Below the pieces are notes generated by a model. The model did no database searches and was not told where the DNA came from. It was given only the letters and a program-made list of their open reading frames with translations. DNA of 64,000 bases from Tubiluchus corallicola (taxonomy: Eukaryota > Animalia > Priapulida), in the NCBI GenBank assembly GCA_030141605.1, contig JAQGDQ010000014.1, positions 558,001-622,000 on the forward strand, given 5' to 3'. The translations under genes were made by a program, and so were the position numbers. The first letter of the stretch is position 1, and the number at the start of each line of letters is the position of its first letter. Below are positions 24,738-36,759 of this stretch, in pieces.

Positions 24738-27559
24738 GTGTATAAGAAAAACACAAAATTACATGAATGAAATAACAGATGGACAAAAAGATAACGAAAC
24801 AGAATGATGGTTTCCCGATTAACACGGACAGAAGTGATTAATTTTACGCAGATACAAGTAACAAAAATTTCAAATTCTAATCTTACTAGACCACAAAAGA
24901 ATTAAGGTTAACCTTTGAGTCGAGCAATTTAGCCGAACCTTCAAACGAACCGAATACTAAACATTCCAAGCACGTAAAATGAATGTTTCAATCTTATTCA
25001 AACCTCCTGGGTGTTTTAGACAGTGACGCCGCTTCGTTTTGCTGTTAATTGTGGTGTGTCGGTGTCGACTTTCTAACAATGTGAAGATCCAACTAGAACG
25101 TGATTCACACTGGAAAGGGCTGAAAACGGGATCAAAAACAGACCAGAAATCAACCACTCGAGTAAAATTCAGTAAATATCTATAGGTATTTACTATAGTA
25201 AATAAATATTTTACAGCTAAAATTTGATTAAATTAAAGCTAACTTCAATTGGAAACCTTAGAGTGATGATATTAGTCTGAAACTTGATCAAGAATTTCGA
25301 TTTCTGCTGCCATCCGCATGCTGAGTTCCTGTAAAGGTGGGCAAAATGTGTAGCTAGGATTTCCTTTTTTTATGAACCGCTTCAAAGGCGAGATCGAATT
25401 CGCGATACTTAATTAAGTTTCTCCATGTCGCTGTAGATTCTTCTTAATCGTTTTACGATACAACCATTAAAGTAATACATACTACAAACTAATTTAATGT
25501 GTGTGAACTTAAGCATAGACCCATTGCTTTGTCCTGAATATCGGCTTTGTCTCATAAATTAAATTATGACATAGAACTGAAATGCTTGCTTTTCGATTTT
25601 TACAAGCATTCAACATTTTCTGCAAAGCAGATATTGTTGAAGAGAAAGGACCATCCACACAGAAACTGCTGACTACCTTTTCATCGAACTTTCTTGTTAC
25701 AGGCGATCCTTCAATATATGTTAAACGAATGTGTTGATAAAACAGTTCCCTGTCGGATACCACTTCTGTGCATCAATAATATTTACCAGAATAATATTCT
25801 TAAGTAAACTGTAAGTATAAATTTATTTTCAGTCGATTATTTACTTAAAAACACGAGCCATAACGCTCTTTATCGAATACAATGAAGTTAAAAACTCCAT
25901 CCCTATGGTATAACCTATGGTATATATATATATAGTTAAATACGCCTGAAAATACCCCAATATAAAATCAGTCAGATCAGAACATTCAGGTTAGATAATA
26001 CTGATAGGCTAAGCGTTGATTTCATGTAAAAAATATTAATAATAAAATATTAACACTGGTTTCACATAAAATAACAAAACACAATTAGGGTTAATTCGTC
26101 GTAAAACATACTCAGTATACCTGCTATATCGGTGGTTATCGGAAGGAAAAATATTTTCATTTTTACATTTAATAACAGTATCAAAATCTGAATCTGAATC
26201 TGAATTGACGTTTGGTGGGTATGAGTGTTTTATCACACAATTAAACAAAAATTTCAAATGTATAAATAAAGACGTCTTCCGTACAGATAATATGTTTGAT
26301 ATGTGACCATCCATAACTTATATATCTACAATCCCTAATTACCGTCATGGTGTAATCAATAATCACTTACTCACTACTTATTCTCTCATTTATAATTCTT
26401 TAAAAAATAGTATTTCCATGTGCATTTTACATATGTTGTGGCACTTTGTTATGCAATAGTACTTTGCTGCTATTTAAAACAGGAAGGAAAGACACATGTT
26501 CTACATATATGTGCCTGAATGACAGCGATTAAAGGAAAGAACAACTTCCGACGGAAATTGATACAAGCCGGGAAACTGAGTTTGTTTTGATATCACAGTT
26601 GGATTTAACGCTCTGCAAACTAAAAATAAACAAATGGCTATCACACGTCTCAAATTTTAAATCTTTAAAGAACAGCGAGGCAAAGCTTCTGTTTATCTTG
26701 GAGCAACTCAACTTATATATCGAAAATAATAAATTGATGTTTTGGCCGATATCTTACGCATAAATGTGAGAAGCGAAGCACGTGCATCGCATTAATTTTT
26801 CATGTAACAACGATGCTGGCGTTGTTTGAATTCTTATTCTGATAACGACTGTATGTGTGCCGCTGCTGCTGTTGTTGTTGTTGTCGTCGTTATTGCTGTC
26901 ACTGACGCTATCGTTGATGTTGACGTGGATGTTGTCATTGTCGTTGTTGAAGAATTGAAAACCGTTCTATGTAACGTTGCTAATGTCCGTCATACAAGAC
27001 GCATTAAGATCACAATTTAATGTCTTGAAATAAACAACTTAATTAAACACTAACAAACTAAACTACAATAACTAGCCTTGCCGTTCTGCTTCACAACACT
27101 GAGCTACTTACTGATGCAATCAGACGACAATGCAACAAGTGTTCTATTAGTGACAGTGCATACCTTACATTTTATATTAAAGAGAAGATACAAGGAATTT
27201 ATAAAAGAATTAATATGCGCTTAGTTTTGAACCCTCAATAACCCTCATAACCCACGCATGGTTATTTTGACAAGTCCCTGACAACCCAGAAAACCAAGTT
27301 GAGCTACTGTTACTGTCACATTTATCTACTACGAGGTCACTATGCATAGAAGTCACGTGACATTATCCCTAATCCAGTACAGTCTATGCATGCCCAATTT
27401 GTCGCTAACAACTACTGACTCGTGATCTGCAGCTATATCACATCGGGACACTCCTCTTGTATACGATAACGTAATTGCATTAGGTCCACTCTCTAGCTCT
27501 GATACATGAACAAGGTGCCTCACGCTAAGCCCAGCGCATTGATTGATCCTGCTTTCCTA

Positions 27560-27800
27560 AATTACCTCTGTGTAGTATTACTTCGGTACAGTTAATCTTG
27601 AATGCTATCTGCAGGTCGAAGGCCAGAACACTTAATTTCAACAAATCAGAATAAACAACAACTTTGGAAACAATCCTAAAGCAAACATGCCGCCCAACTC
27701 TGGAATTCACTGCTTCTTGAAATGAAACAATTTGAATCACTAACCCGGTTCAAAATCAAATTAAAAACATTAACGACGTCAGATTGGAATAGTAAACTTA
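27560..27800 (+). mobile_element. LINE ORF2 3' remnant
   Basis: HAAQLWNSLLLEMKQFESLTRFKIKLKTL terminal motif. Confidence 0.6.
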
Positions 27801-28119
27801 CCAACATGACATTTTACACAGTAATGCAGAATTTCTTCACTTCAAGCGATATTAAATTATTTAACTTTCCTCACATAAATGCTTATAAATACGTAAAATA
27901 TATGAAGTTTAAAGTTATATTTTATTTTGCACATGCAGTTTAGTTTTTGCACTGACGCAGTGGCCTCTAACACTGTATGTTTTTTTAATCTTTCACTGAC
28001 TGAGGCATCGAGTATCTTAATATTGTGTTACGATTCTCAATATTGTTATGAGAAAAAAGGATGTTGCTTGCTGCTTGCTTGCTTGCTTCCTTGCTCACTT
28101 TCTTGATCACTTGCTAACT

Positions 28120-28290
28120 CGCTCGCTCACTCACTCACTCACTCACTCACTCACTCACTCACTCACTCACTCACTCACTCACTCACTCACTCACTCACTC
28201 ACTCACTCACTCACTCACTCACTCACTCACTCACTCACTCACTCACTCACTCACTCACTCACTCACCCACTCACTCACTCACTCACTTAT
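28120..28290. repeat. (ACTC)n microsatellite
   Basis: Seen directly. Confidence 0.97.
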
Positions 28291-30644
28291 TCACTTACTC
28301 TCTTACTCAATCAATTAATCATTAATAAATAGCTGAAAAAATAGCTGATATGCCATCAGGTGTATGATTCTTTTTGGCTTAAGCTTTTCACCATTTCTTT
28401 CACAGCTTTAGAAGACAAATCAACAAAACCTTAACCTTCGTTTGCAACCACAGTAAATTGAGGAAAAATGCCGTTGTCTACAGTAAAGTGAGATTGAAAG
28501 CATTTATTTAACGACTTTGATTTTTGATCGTCTCTTGTGGCTATTTCGCCCTCTACATTTCTGAGCGGAGAAATATCGTTGTCGTTGCAGCGCTGTCTGC
28601 TCATGTAATTGAACAGTGGGTTCGAATCCCGGTCTTTTATACATTCTTCTCTTTCGAAACCCGTATTTTCTTACTTTCATTTTTGACTTATTCACTACAT
28701 TATATTCATATTTTAGATAAACCGACTGGATCCTATACGTAGACTGTACACATAAAGTCTAGGCACTCTATGATAGGTCTGTCTGAACATACAGTCTGAC
28801 CCCCTTTTGATAAAAATTACACTAATATATGTCGCATATACTTTCTGTTTAGGATTTTTTTCAGTCTGTAAACAATGTTACTGAGAAGTGTTTACAGGCT
28901 TCCCAAGCTTCTTGAACCGTATTGCAGCCACTAAACACATTTAGGATATTTATCCAGTTTACTTTACTAAATCAGTTGATAAAGCTTCCCATCTTGCCTT
29001 TTCATAATCTAATTTGACATTAACTGACGAGTCTAGAAACACAATGAAATGTTACAGCTGAATAATTAGATTTAAAAGACTCACATACTTTACATTAAGC
29101 AAAAGCTAGATCTGGACAGAATACCAAATTAAAGAATCCATTTGGACACGAATTTTTGTCAAACTAACGCTAGTGATAAAACTAAGAATAACCAATTTAA
29201 AAGCCCAGCTTAATCTCTCATTTTAACCAGCACTGAAGCAGAGTTGGCCAAACACGTCTTACTATCGTCGCGGTCAGCTGTAAAATCCCTGCTCTTGCAA
29301 AGACAAAGAGTGTTGCAACGCAATACTGAAACGTTGGATTACACATTGCTTTATTAGTATTTTGCCAACGAAATGCAACGTTTAGTCAGTTGACTTTAAA
29401 TTGTAAATCGACCAATTTTCAAAGGTTTTTTTACGCTTAGCTGCAACGTAAAAACTCTATGACGAAAGTAAGAACATCTATTTGACCACATCGTTGGCTC
29501 TATTTGACCACAGTATTGCATCATCGTTCGAAAGTAATATTGTTGTGATCGTCGTCGTCATTGCTCTTATTGCATTGTATTATTGCCGCTTTTGTACATC
29601 ATATTGTTGCTAGTGTTTTTCTTGTTGCCTTATTTGCTCTCAGGCATCTGGCGTACCGAGATGTCAGATTTCAGTCACTAGTTCATTTTAAGTATGTTAT
29701 CTTACCCATTTCCTTCCGAGAAAGAAAATTTCGTTTTTATAACTTATTGGTTTTTAATGACCACTTAATTGGGCCCCATGCTTGGAATTGATCCAATTAA
29801 TCTTGAACATAATTTATACACCGCCACGGGAATTGAATGATGTTCACGACAACAAAGTATTTTAAAGGGACAAAAAGTTAAGCAAGCAGACCTTCAATGT
29901 ACCATTGCTATCCAACATAAATAACATTCAACTTGTTGAAACGCTTTTGGTTCTGCAACAGTCATCAAAGTCGGTGAAACTTGGTCCGTTTTACAAGCAT
30001 CAGTGCAGCTTCACACAAAAAAGTTGAAACAAGTCACCGAGTTTATAATAAAGCAAAATTCGAAGAATTAACTCGTAACAAAAAACAAGTGACATTTAAG
30101 GTGAACCGTAAAAAGATTCGTGTAAAATGAAATTCTAATCAATTCTGTGGTCGCGAAACTGGAACCTGCCCACTTAACCCGCTGGACAACTTAACCAGTC
30201 AACTTATAAAACCAGGTTTACAAATTGATGAAATACCAGATCTCATTTGTTTTTTAAACATTATTCGTTCAGCGCAGTTAACATAAACAAATTTTAATCT
30301 TTATATTACATAATCATCATAATCATCATCATCATCACCACCACAACCAAACGCCCGTTAGGCATTTACAGACACTGGAAAGGCATAATTTTTGCCCCAA
30401 GACAGGTAAATATAGCAGTTAATCTGGCTAAAAAAGTAGATATTGCCATGCCAGTAACTTGTCAGCACCATTCCGACGTAAACAATAGACCACTGAGGTG
30501 TTTTTAAGAATCAACAGTGTGTTTTCATTGTTATTTTTAGGAATCCAAGGAAATTATTTGATTAATTATGGAATGTTTTCTGTGCATTCACCTTGCACCT
30601 ATAACATGCACTACGGAGGTATTTATATCAGACAAAGGACTTAC

Positions 30645-31108
30645 TTCATGAAAACGATAATTCCAACATTCATCACGTTCTCTCGCACTACTTTCCAAGT
30701 GTCCAGAATCCTCTGACGTTCATCATCAGTGAGCATTGGCATATCCTTGATCTCTGAGAACAGGTGTAAATTCCGGTTCCGGTCTTTTCCCTGGAGTGAG
30801 ACCAGGGTACCGTCTGTGTACCGCTTGTCCAGTGACTGAACGGACTCGCGGTGGTCGCGGTTAAACGTATTTGACACATTTGACATTTTAGATGCAGTGC
30901 TAATTTTGCGAGTGGACATTCCGCCACTCAGTTTATCAGCAGTGGCACCGATTTGCGGAGACTTGTCTGACTTGTTACTGTGCGTACTGGCCGTGTCCAC
31001 TTCTAAGTATTGGTATGCTTTGATGTCTGTATACGTCTTTGTTTCGCTCGTACGCACAGGCGTGCGATCACGCTTGTTCGCGATGGTTTTGCACTGTGTG
31101 CAGCCCAT
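30645..31108 (-). CDS. Globin X-like N-acylated (membrane-anchored) globin, first coding exon only
   Basis: Starts MGCTQCK (Gly2 myristoylation, Cys3/Cys6 palmitoylation pattern). Ends with globin A/B helices LTDDERQRILDTWKVV..NVGIIVFMK, and the AA|gtaagt donor falls at position B12.2, the conserved globin intron. Confidence 0.88.
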
Positions 31109-34104
31109 AGTGACAATTAGCAAAAAAAACGTCCAAAAAACACACGAGAAAATTTAATGTCGTATCACAAAATTGCAACTGAATTGCAAGGTTACAAAAC
31201 GTTTTTGACCGTTTAAATTCATCAACTCAAGTTATGTTATCACTTAATCTATGTGAGATTTTTGCCAGCATCTTCACGAAACTTCAAAGCACAGATATTT
31301 ACTTCTTGATCACGCGGCGCACCGCTCAACAATGATGAAGCAACTGAGCTAAACGCTGATCAGCTACTGACAGTACAACTGGCTTCACGTTGAACAACAC
31401 AGATTCAGAGAAAAGGCGCGCTCTGGTCTGTTGTTTACGACACTCCTAGCTTGGCAGACAAAGATGAAACGCTTGAAAGAGATTCTGCGAATTTCTGGCA
31501 TGTAAATGCCAAGAGCTTATTCGGCTTAGCCTTAAATTAATTGAAATGTTTCGTAGAGAATTTGTTGAAGTGCTTTTCAGTGTGAAAGTGTGGTGTGTGT
31601 GAGAGGCTCGGTTTAAACCGAGCAAACAGGAACACTTTATTAAATTGCCGCCTAGCAATAACTATCACTACAAAAATGGCGCGTGTTTCGCAAAGCTTGT
31701 TCATACATTTCCGCATTGTTTGTTGCAGAATTTGTTTACAAAAGTGAAAAATGCGAATGTAATAACATTATAGTTATATTTGTTTTAAAATGTTATGTTA
31801 AACTTTAAAGAGTGATTACCTTAAAGTAGCTGTAATAAGAAAAAAGAAATCGATATGTGTATTATTTTTGGTACTAATTGATGAAATGGCCTATTTAATG
31901 AAACTGAAGAAAGTAAACTAATCTAAAAAGACTTTAAATTGGCAAATACGAATGCGGTACTTAAACATTTTCAAATTTACCTTCAAGATCAACTTTTAAT
32001 TGTATGAAAAAAACAAAATAATTTTAGCGTAAAATGTAATTTTAGATGTAATGTTAATGTACACTGTGTAATGTAACGTAATATGTGTGTGTCATGTAAA
32101 GTCTAACGTAGTTTTAGACGTGTTTATTGTTAAAGCTTTTATACAAAGTAAAGGTAAAAGAGGAAAGAAAATAAATAAATAAATAATATTTTATAATAAA
32201 TAAATAAGCGAATAAATATAAACCAGGGGTAAATCAAGAAGACGAGAAAAAGACAAGCTGATTTCGGATTTCTTCAGTGTTTTTTAAAAATTTTATTTAG
32301 GAAATACTTGTTTTTCTTGATGAAATTTAGAATTGATAATAACTTCATTGCGGCTCTCCCGCCTATGACTTTGTAATAAGAGACCTTTATCCACTTTGTT
32401 GCACGCAAAAAGCCAAGAAAACGTTTACGAAAAGCTAAATTATAAAATCAGTTTTTACTGGACAAAGACAGTTTTGTAACGGAAAGATAACTGCTATTGG
32501 AGACAAACCACGAGAATAACTTATTAAGGTTACATCGATATGCGTAATGACAGTGTCTCCAATTCCACTGATGAAATTCTACTGAAACAAATTACTACTT
32601 TGAATTTATTATCTTAGCTATTGAAGGTTTAGAATTTCCCAGTGTTTTTTCTAGTTATGGAAGTTATATGAGAATAGTAATTGTGTCCGAAAGATAAAGG
32701 TCATTTCTAATAACCAAACATTAATAAATAAGCTGACATTTACGCTCAGTATTTATTAATCTACATATAAAAATCACGTATAACGTTGCACCACAAATCA
32801 TTATCAGCTGTAAAATAAAAAAATTAATTAACACAGTTTAAATAAAGTTAAAGCAGTGGTAAAGGCAAAATATGATTGGGTGTCAGAATGTAGTAAATAG
32901 ACATTGATAACTTTATCATGCTTAAAAATGACGAAAACCTTTCTACCTTCAAAACTATGTTGAATTATAAATTTAGATTATCAAGATTTCTGAAAGTATT
33001 TTGGAAAAAGCCAATAATAAATTTGATTTACTCCTTAAGGAGACATTTCTCATAAACCAGTTAACACAGCTTTGGAATTAAAAAATAGAAGTATACATTT
33101 ATAACATAACTTTGATATAATTGCATTGCTCTCGAAAATGCCTCACAACTCTAAAAGGTGTTGGGGGATTTTTCATACTGTACGCCAATATACCACGTAT
33201 AATCTGCAAAACATTATAAAACAAATGTGATGCACTGGCGCTTGAATTGCCACATTGCTGCATTGAGCTCACAGTGTGCTTGAAATGTAAAAAATGTAAA
33301 GTATTTTTCTCCAGTAAGACATGTTTAATCCTTATATGGTCAAAATGCAAGAGTTCATTTCAATGAGTGGTGACACCTCAAGCTAGACGATTCCCGCATA
33401 AGCTCATTAATTCATTACCGTGTGACAGAGTCTTAGGTTTTCGCGCGCTAAGCATGCTATTATGTGCCTTTAGCTCATAGGTTTACAATCATTTCTCAAA
33501 GATGAAGATAATAATTTCCTGATAATTCGCTGCGAGTAACAAGACGTTAACGAAGCTAAGGCGATAACGTATTATATGAGTAGTGTGTCTCGCATCCTGT
33601 TCTGAATTAATGAATCGCGTCGTGTATGCATGACTGCGTTTAAAATCAAATGTCATCAATACGTTGTTAAACTGCGCTCTTGTGCGACAAAACAGGTCGG
33701 CAGCATGAAAGATGTTTGTATTTGTACGCAGAGTAAGGGCTATTTTTTCATCTACCACTAGTTTTAGAGTTAGATCAAACTAAGACAAAATCAGAAAGCG
33801 GTTAGAAGATGCAAATTTAAATGTCACCTGCTTATTGTTAGGCAATTCACTTTCAACGGTCAATGGTTTTAAGTTGACTTATAATAATTCTAGCTATCGT
33901 AAACCACGCTGTGGAAGTTTCGCTAGCAATTTTTGTAGTAAAATAATGGTAAATGCGTAAATATGTGAATTTTTCAGTGGGAATGTTAAAAACTTAACAC
34001 GTATTGACCTATGTGAAATACTTGGTCTTACAATTTTAGAGTGAGACTTATGAGATCAAAATCTATTTTTGCAATCGTAGTAAAACAAACTGCTTGGTTA
34101 ACTA

Positions 34105-34250
<146 letters not shown>

Positions 34251-36036
34251 ACAATAACAATATTATTTAAACTTATATCGAACACACCTTGCCCTATGCT
34301 TACAAGCAAGCATTAGTGGATCAAACGGCCCAGAGTATATGTAAACAACTATAACGTACGCACAAAAACTGACCTAGAAACATTAACATCATTCACTACC
34401 CTTAATTAATTTACACAAGAAGATAAAAATTTGGGTCTAAGAACGGAAATTAGCAAGGTAAAAGTAGTTTAAAACAAGTAAGTATTTAACAAGTATTAAA
34501 TTTGCATAACACAAATTAATACTGGTTCCACAAATCTTATAACAAACACCAACTGCTTTTCACTTTGATATTTAGGGATTATACACGTTACCATAGGAAA
34601 TTCAAAACAAATTATGGAACTCCCACAGATTAAGGCTGTTTACTACAGGCTGCTAGGCGACAATATGGACGAATAAGTTTTGGACGAATGACGTAATCTA
34701 CAAAATTCATCTATGAATATAAAACGGGATTTATAACTTTCGCCAGATTCCTATTCGCGATAATGAGTTCTTTTGTTTCTTTCCTCTGGCAGCCACTATG
34801 AGGCTACACCTACACTTGCAGCATCCTGATCATATTTAGCATTTGTTTCAGTAAGCGAAAAATTTAGTCGTTTTTCTTTTTCTGCTCAAGAAGCAACCAA
34901 ATTTTATCCAAAACTGGTTATTTATGGGTTTGTGAGTTGAGATAATGGACGGCAGATAGTAAGGCGCTTCTTTCGACATGGTGACGGAAACGGATAAAAA
35001 AGGTGCATCGGGATAGACTATATGACTCTAGGCAGGCAGTAACAAATGAGCAAATGCCTATTATGCTACACAAAAATTCTTTACAAATGTGAGAAAAGAT
35101 AAAAATGCTTAATGTCAAAACAATGCAATACGCAGTTGCAAGTTGTATTGTCATTAACAGATGGCAGCACTTGTTGCATTCTTGTTTGATTGCAGCAAGC
35201 TTCACGGTTGTTGAATTAGTCCCTGAAAACATTAGTGTTATTGAATTTGTCAATTTAATTAATAAATTTTTTATGCAGTTTAATTTCAAACCATTAAACT
35301 GTAACCTGAATGAGTCTTATATGACAAACATAAAAGATATTACAGTAAAATACACTTGTGAAGTTTTGCAGTTTTAACTCTCGAATTGGCACCTTCGCCT
35401 ACTGTAGGGTATAATATTGGCAGCAAGCTGTATCTAAAATAACAAAGTCCATTCAAAAATGTTAATTGAAATTCACGATCTACAGTAATTAATTAATTTA
35501 TTTATCTATTTATTTGTTGAGTGATTAAACGTCTTTTCCAGAATTTGGGACGAAATGTATATACGAGCGGTCAAAGTGTATAACTGAACGGATGGGTGGC
35601 TTCCAGCTTCAATATTGACTCTGAAGTATTCATCATACATTCTGGCTGTTTATCTCTTTGAGATAGGATGTATCCAAATATGAATGGGGGTTCAGATACA
35701 TCTGGCTATTCAGTGCTTATTCTTAGAAAACTGTTTTGATAATAAGCAAGATCCCGGTCTCGCCATAATCATGCATGTTAAATCAGCCTTGCCACTGAGT
35801 GCTGCTTTCCGGCTTGCAGGGTGCCAAGTTATGTAAAAAAATTCCTTCTTTGTTTTCACTTTTGAAAGTCGGATTTAAAATTACTAAATAGTGTGATTTT
35901 ACAATATCGAAATTGCTGACTAATGACAAAACAAAGAAATCTATAATAAAAATCAAAGACTAAATCATATGTAGTAACAATTCGATTTTATTAAGTATAA
36001 TAAACAAAAACAATCTTTTAACGTTCATAGCGGGTA

Positions 36037-36759
36037 TCATACAGCCGTGTCGTAGTACCGACTCGGACTCTGGTTCCATCTGTCGTTGGGTTGCTTTACT
36101 ACTTTATTATCATCATCTCCCTCGTTTTCGTTGTTGCAATGTTGAAGCAGCGCAGAAGATGGCGTGTCACCAGACGCAGTAGGAAAATATGAATGTTCTT
36201 CTGTTTCTGATATTGTTGTCATTAGTGCTTGCTTGCTGGCCCTCTGAGGACTGTCATGGCGACCAGACTGGGGCAATACTCCTGTCCGGTCTCCTGGAAT
36301 AGAAAAGGCCCTACGGGATTCTGGTGCTTGATTCCTATCAGTTGGTGAAACCAGGTCGCTCACGTCAATGGAAATAGATTTGTTTAAAGACTTTCGGGAT
36401 CCTTCGTCATCAGATTGTTTATTTTTTGCTGCATCTGCATTTACGAGTGGAACATTTTCGTCATTCTCAGAAATAAAATGAAGGTCATCTTTACTAGAGT
36501 CCGCACTGTATCTGTTTTCCAAGTTTTGTAACTTGGCGCGAACTTGCTTCATCTGAGCGGGGTCTGATTCACTATAGCATCGAATTCTAGTTGTTGGTGA
36601 TGTTGGAGAGAGGGCACCACTTTCGTGCGGGGAAATCACAGATGGGGTTGGCGCTGGCATGCAGGACAAGCGTCGTGCTCTGATGTGACGATTGTGTAGA
36701 TGAGTTACAAGATCTTGTTCATCGTCATTTCTGTAATCCCTCCCACCTTTCTGGTGCAG
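36037..36759 (-). CDS. SLC9A: NHE terminal exon (LHQKGGRDYR...YYDTAV-stop)
   Basis: gttgtag acceptor, phase 0, open for 240 codons to TGA; includes ORF 36037-36669. Confidence 0.88.
   Translation of the reverse strand: MHQKGGRDYRNDDEQDLVTHLHNRHIRARRLSCMPAPTPSVISPHESGALSPTSPTTRIRCYSESDPAQMKQVRAKLQNLENRYSADSSKDDLHFISENDENVPLVNADAAKNKQSDDEGSRKSLNKSISIDVSDLVSPTDRNQAPESRRAFSIPGDRTGVLPQSGRHDSPQRASKQALMTTISETEEHSYFPTASGDTPSSALLQHCNNENEGDDDNKVVKQPNDRWNQSPSRYYDTAV

Noticed and set aside
25509-25763. 84-aa minus ORF as possible globin exon 2
   Set aside because: No CD1 Phe / E7 His pattern and no suitable splice phase.
28590-28640. B-box-like GGGTTCGAATCCCG
   Set aside because: No cloverleaf or clear A box; at most a SINE relic, not a tRNA gene.
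29023-32590. Other CTGANGA..GAAA strings (about 29024, 32260 minus, 32568)
   Set aside because: No stem II or stem I pairing; expected by chance in AT-rich DNA.
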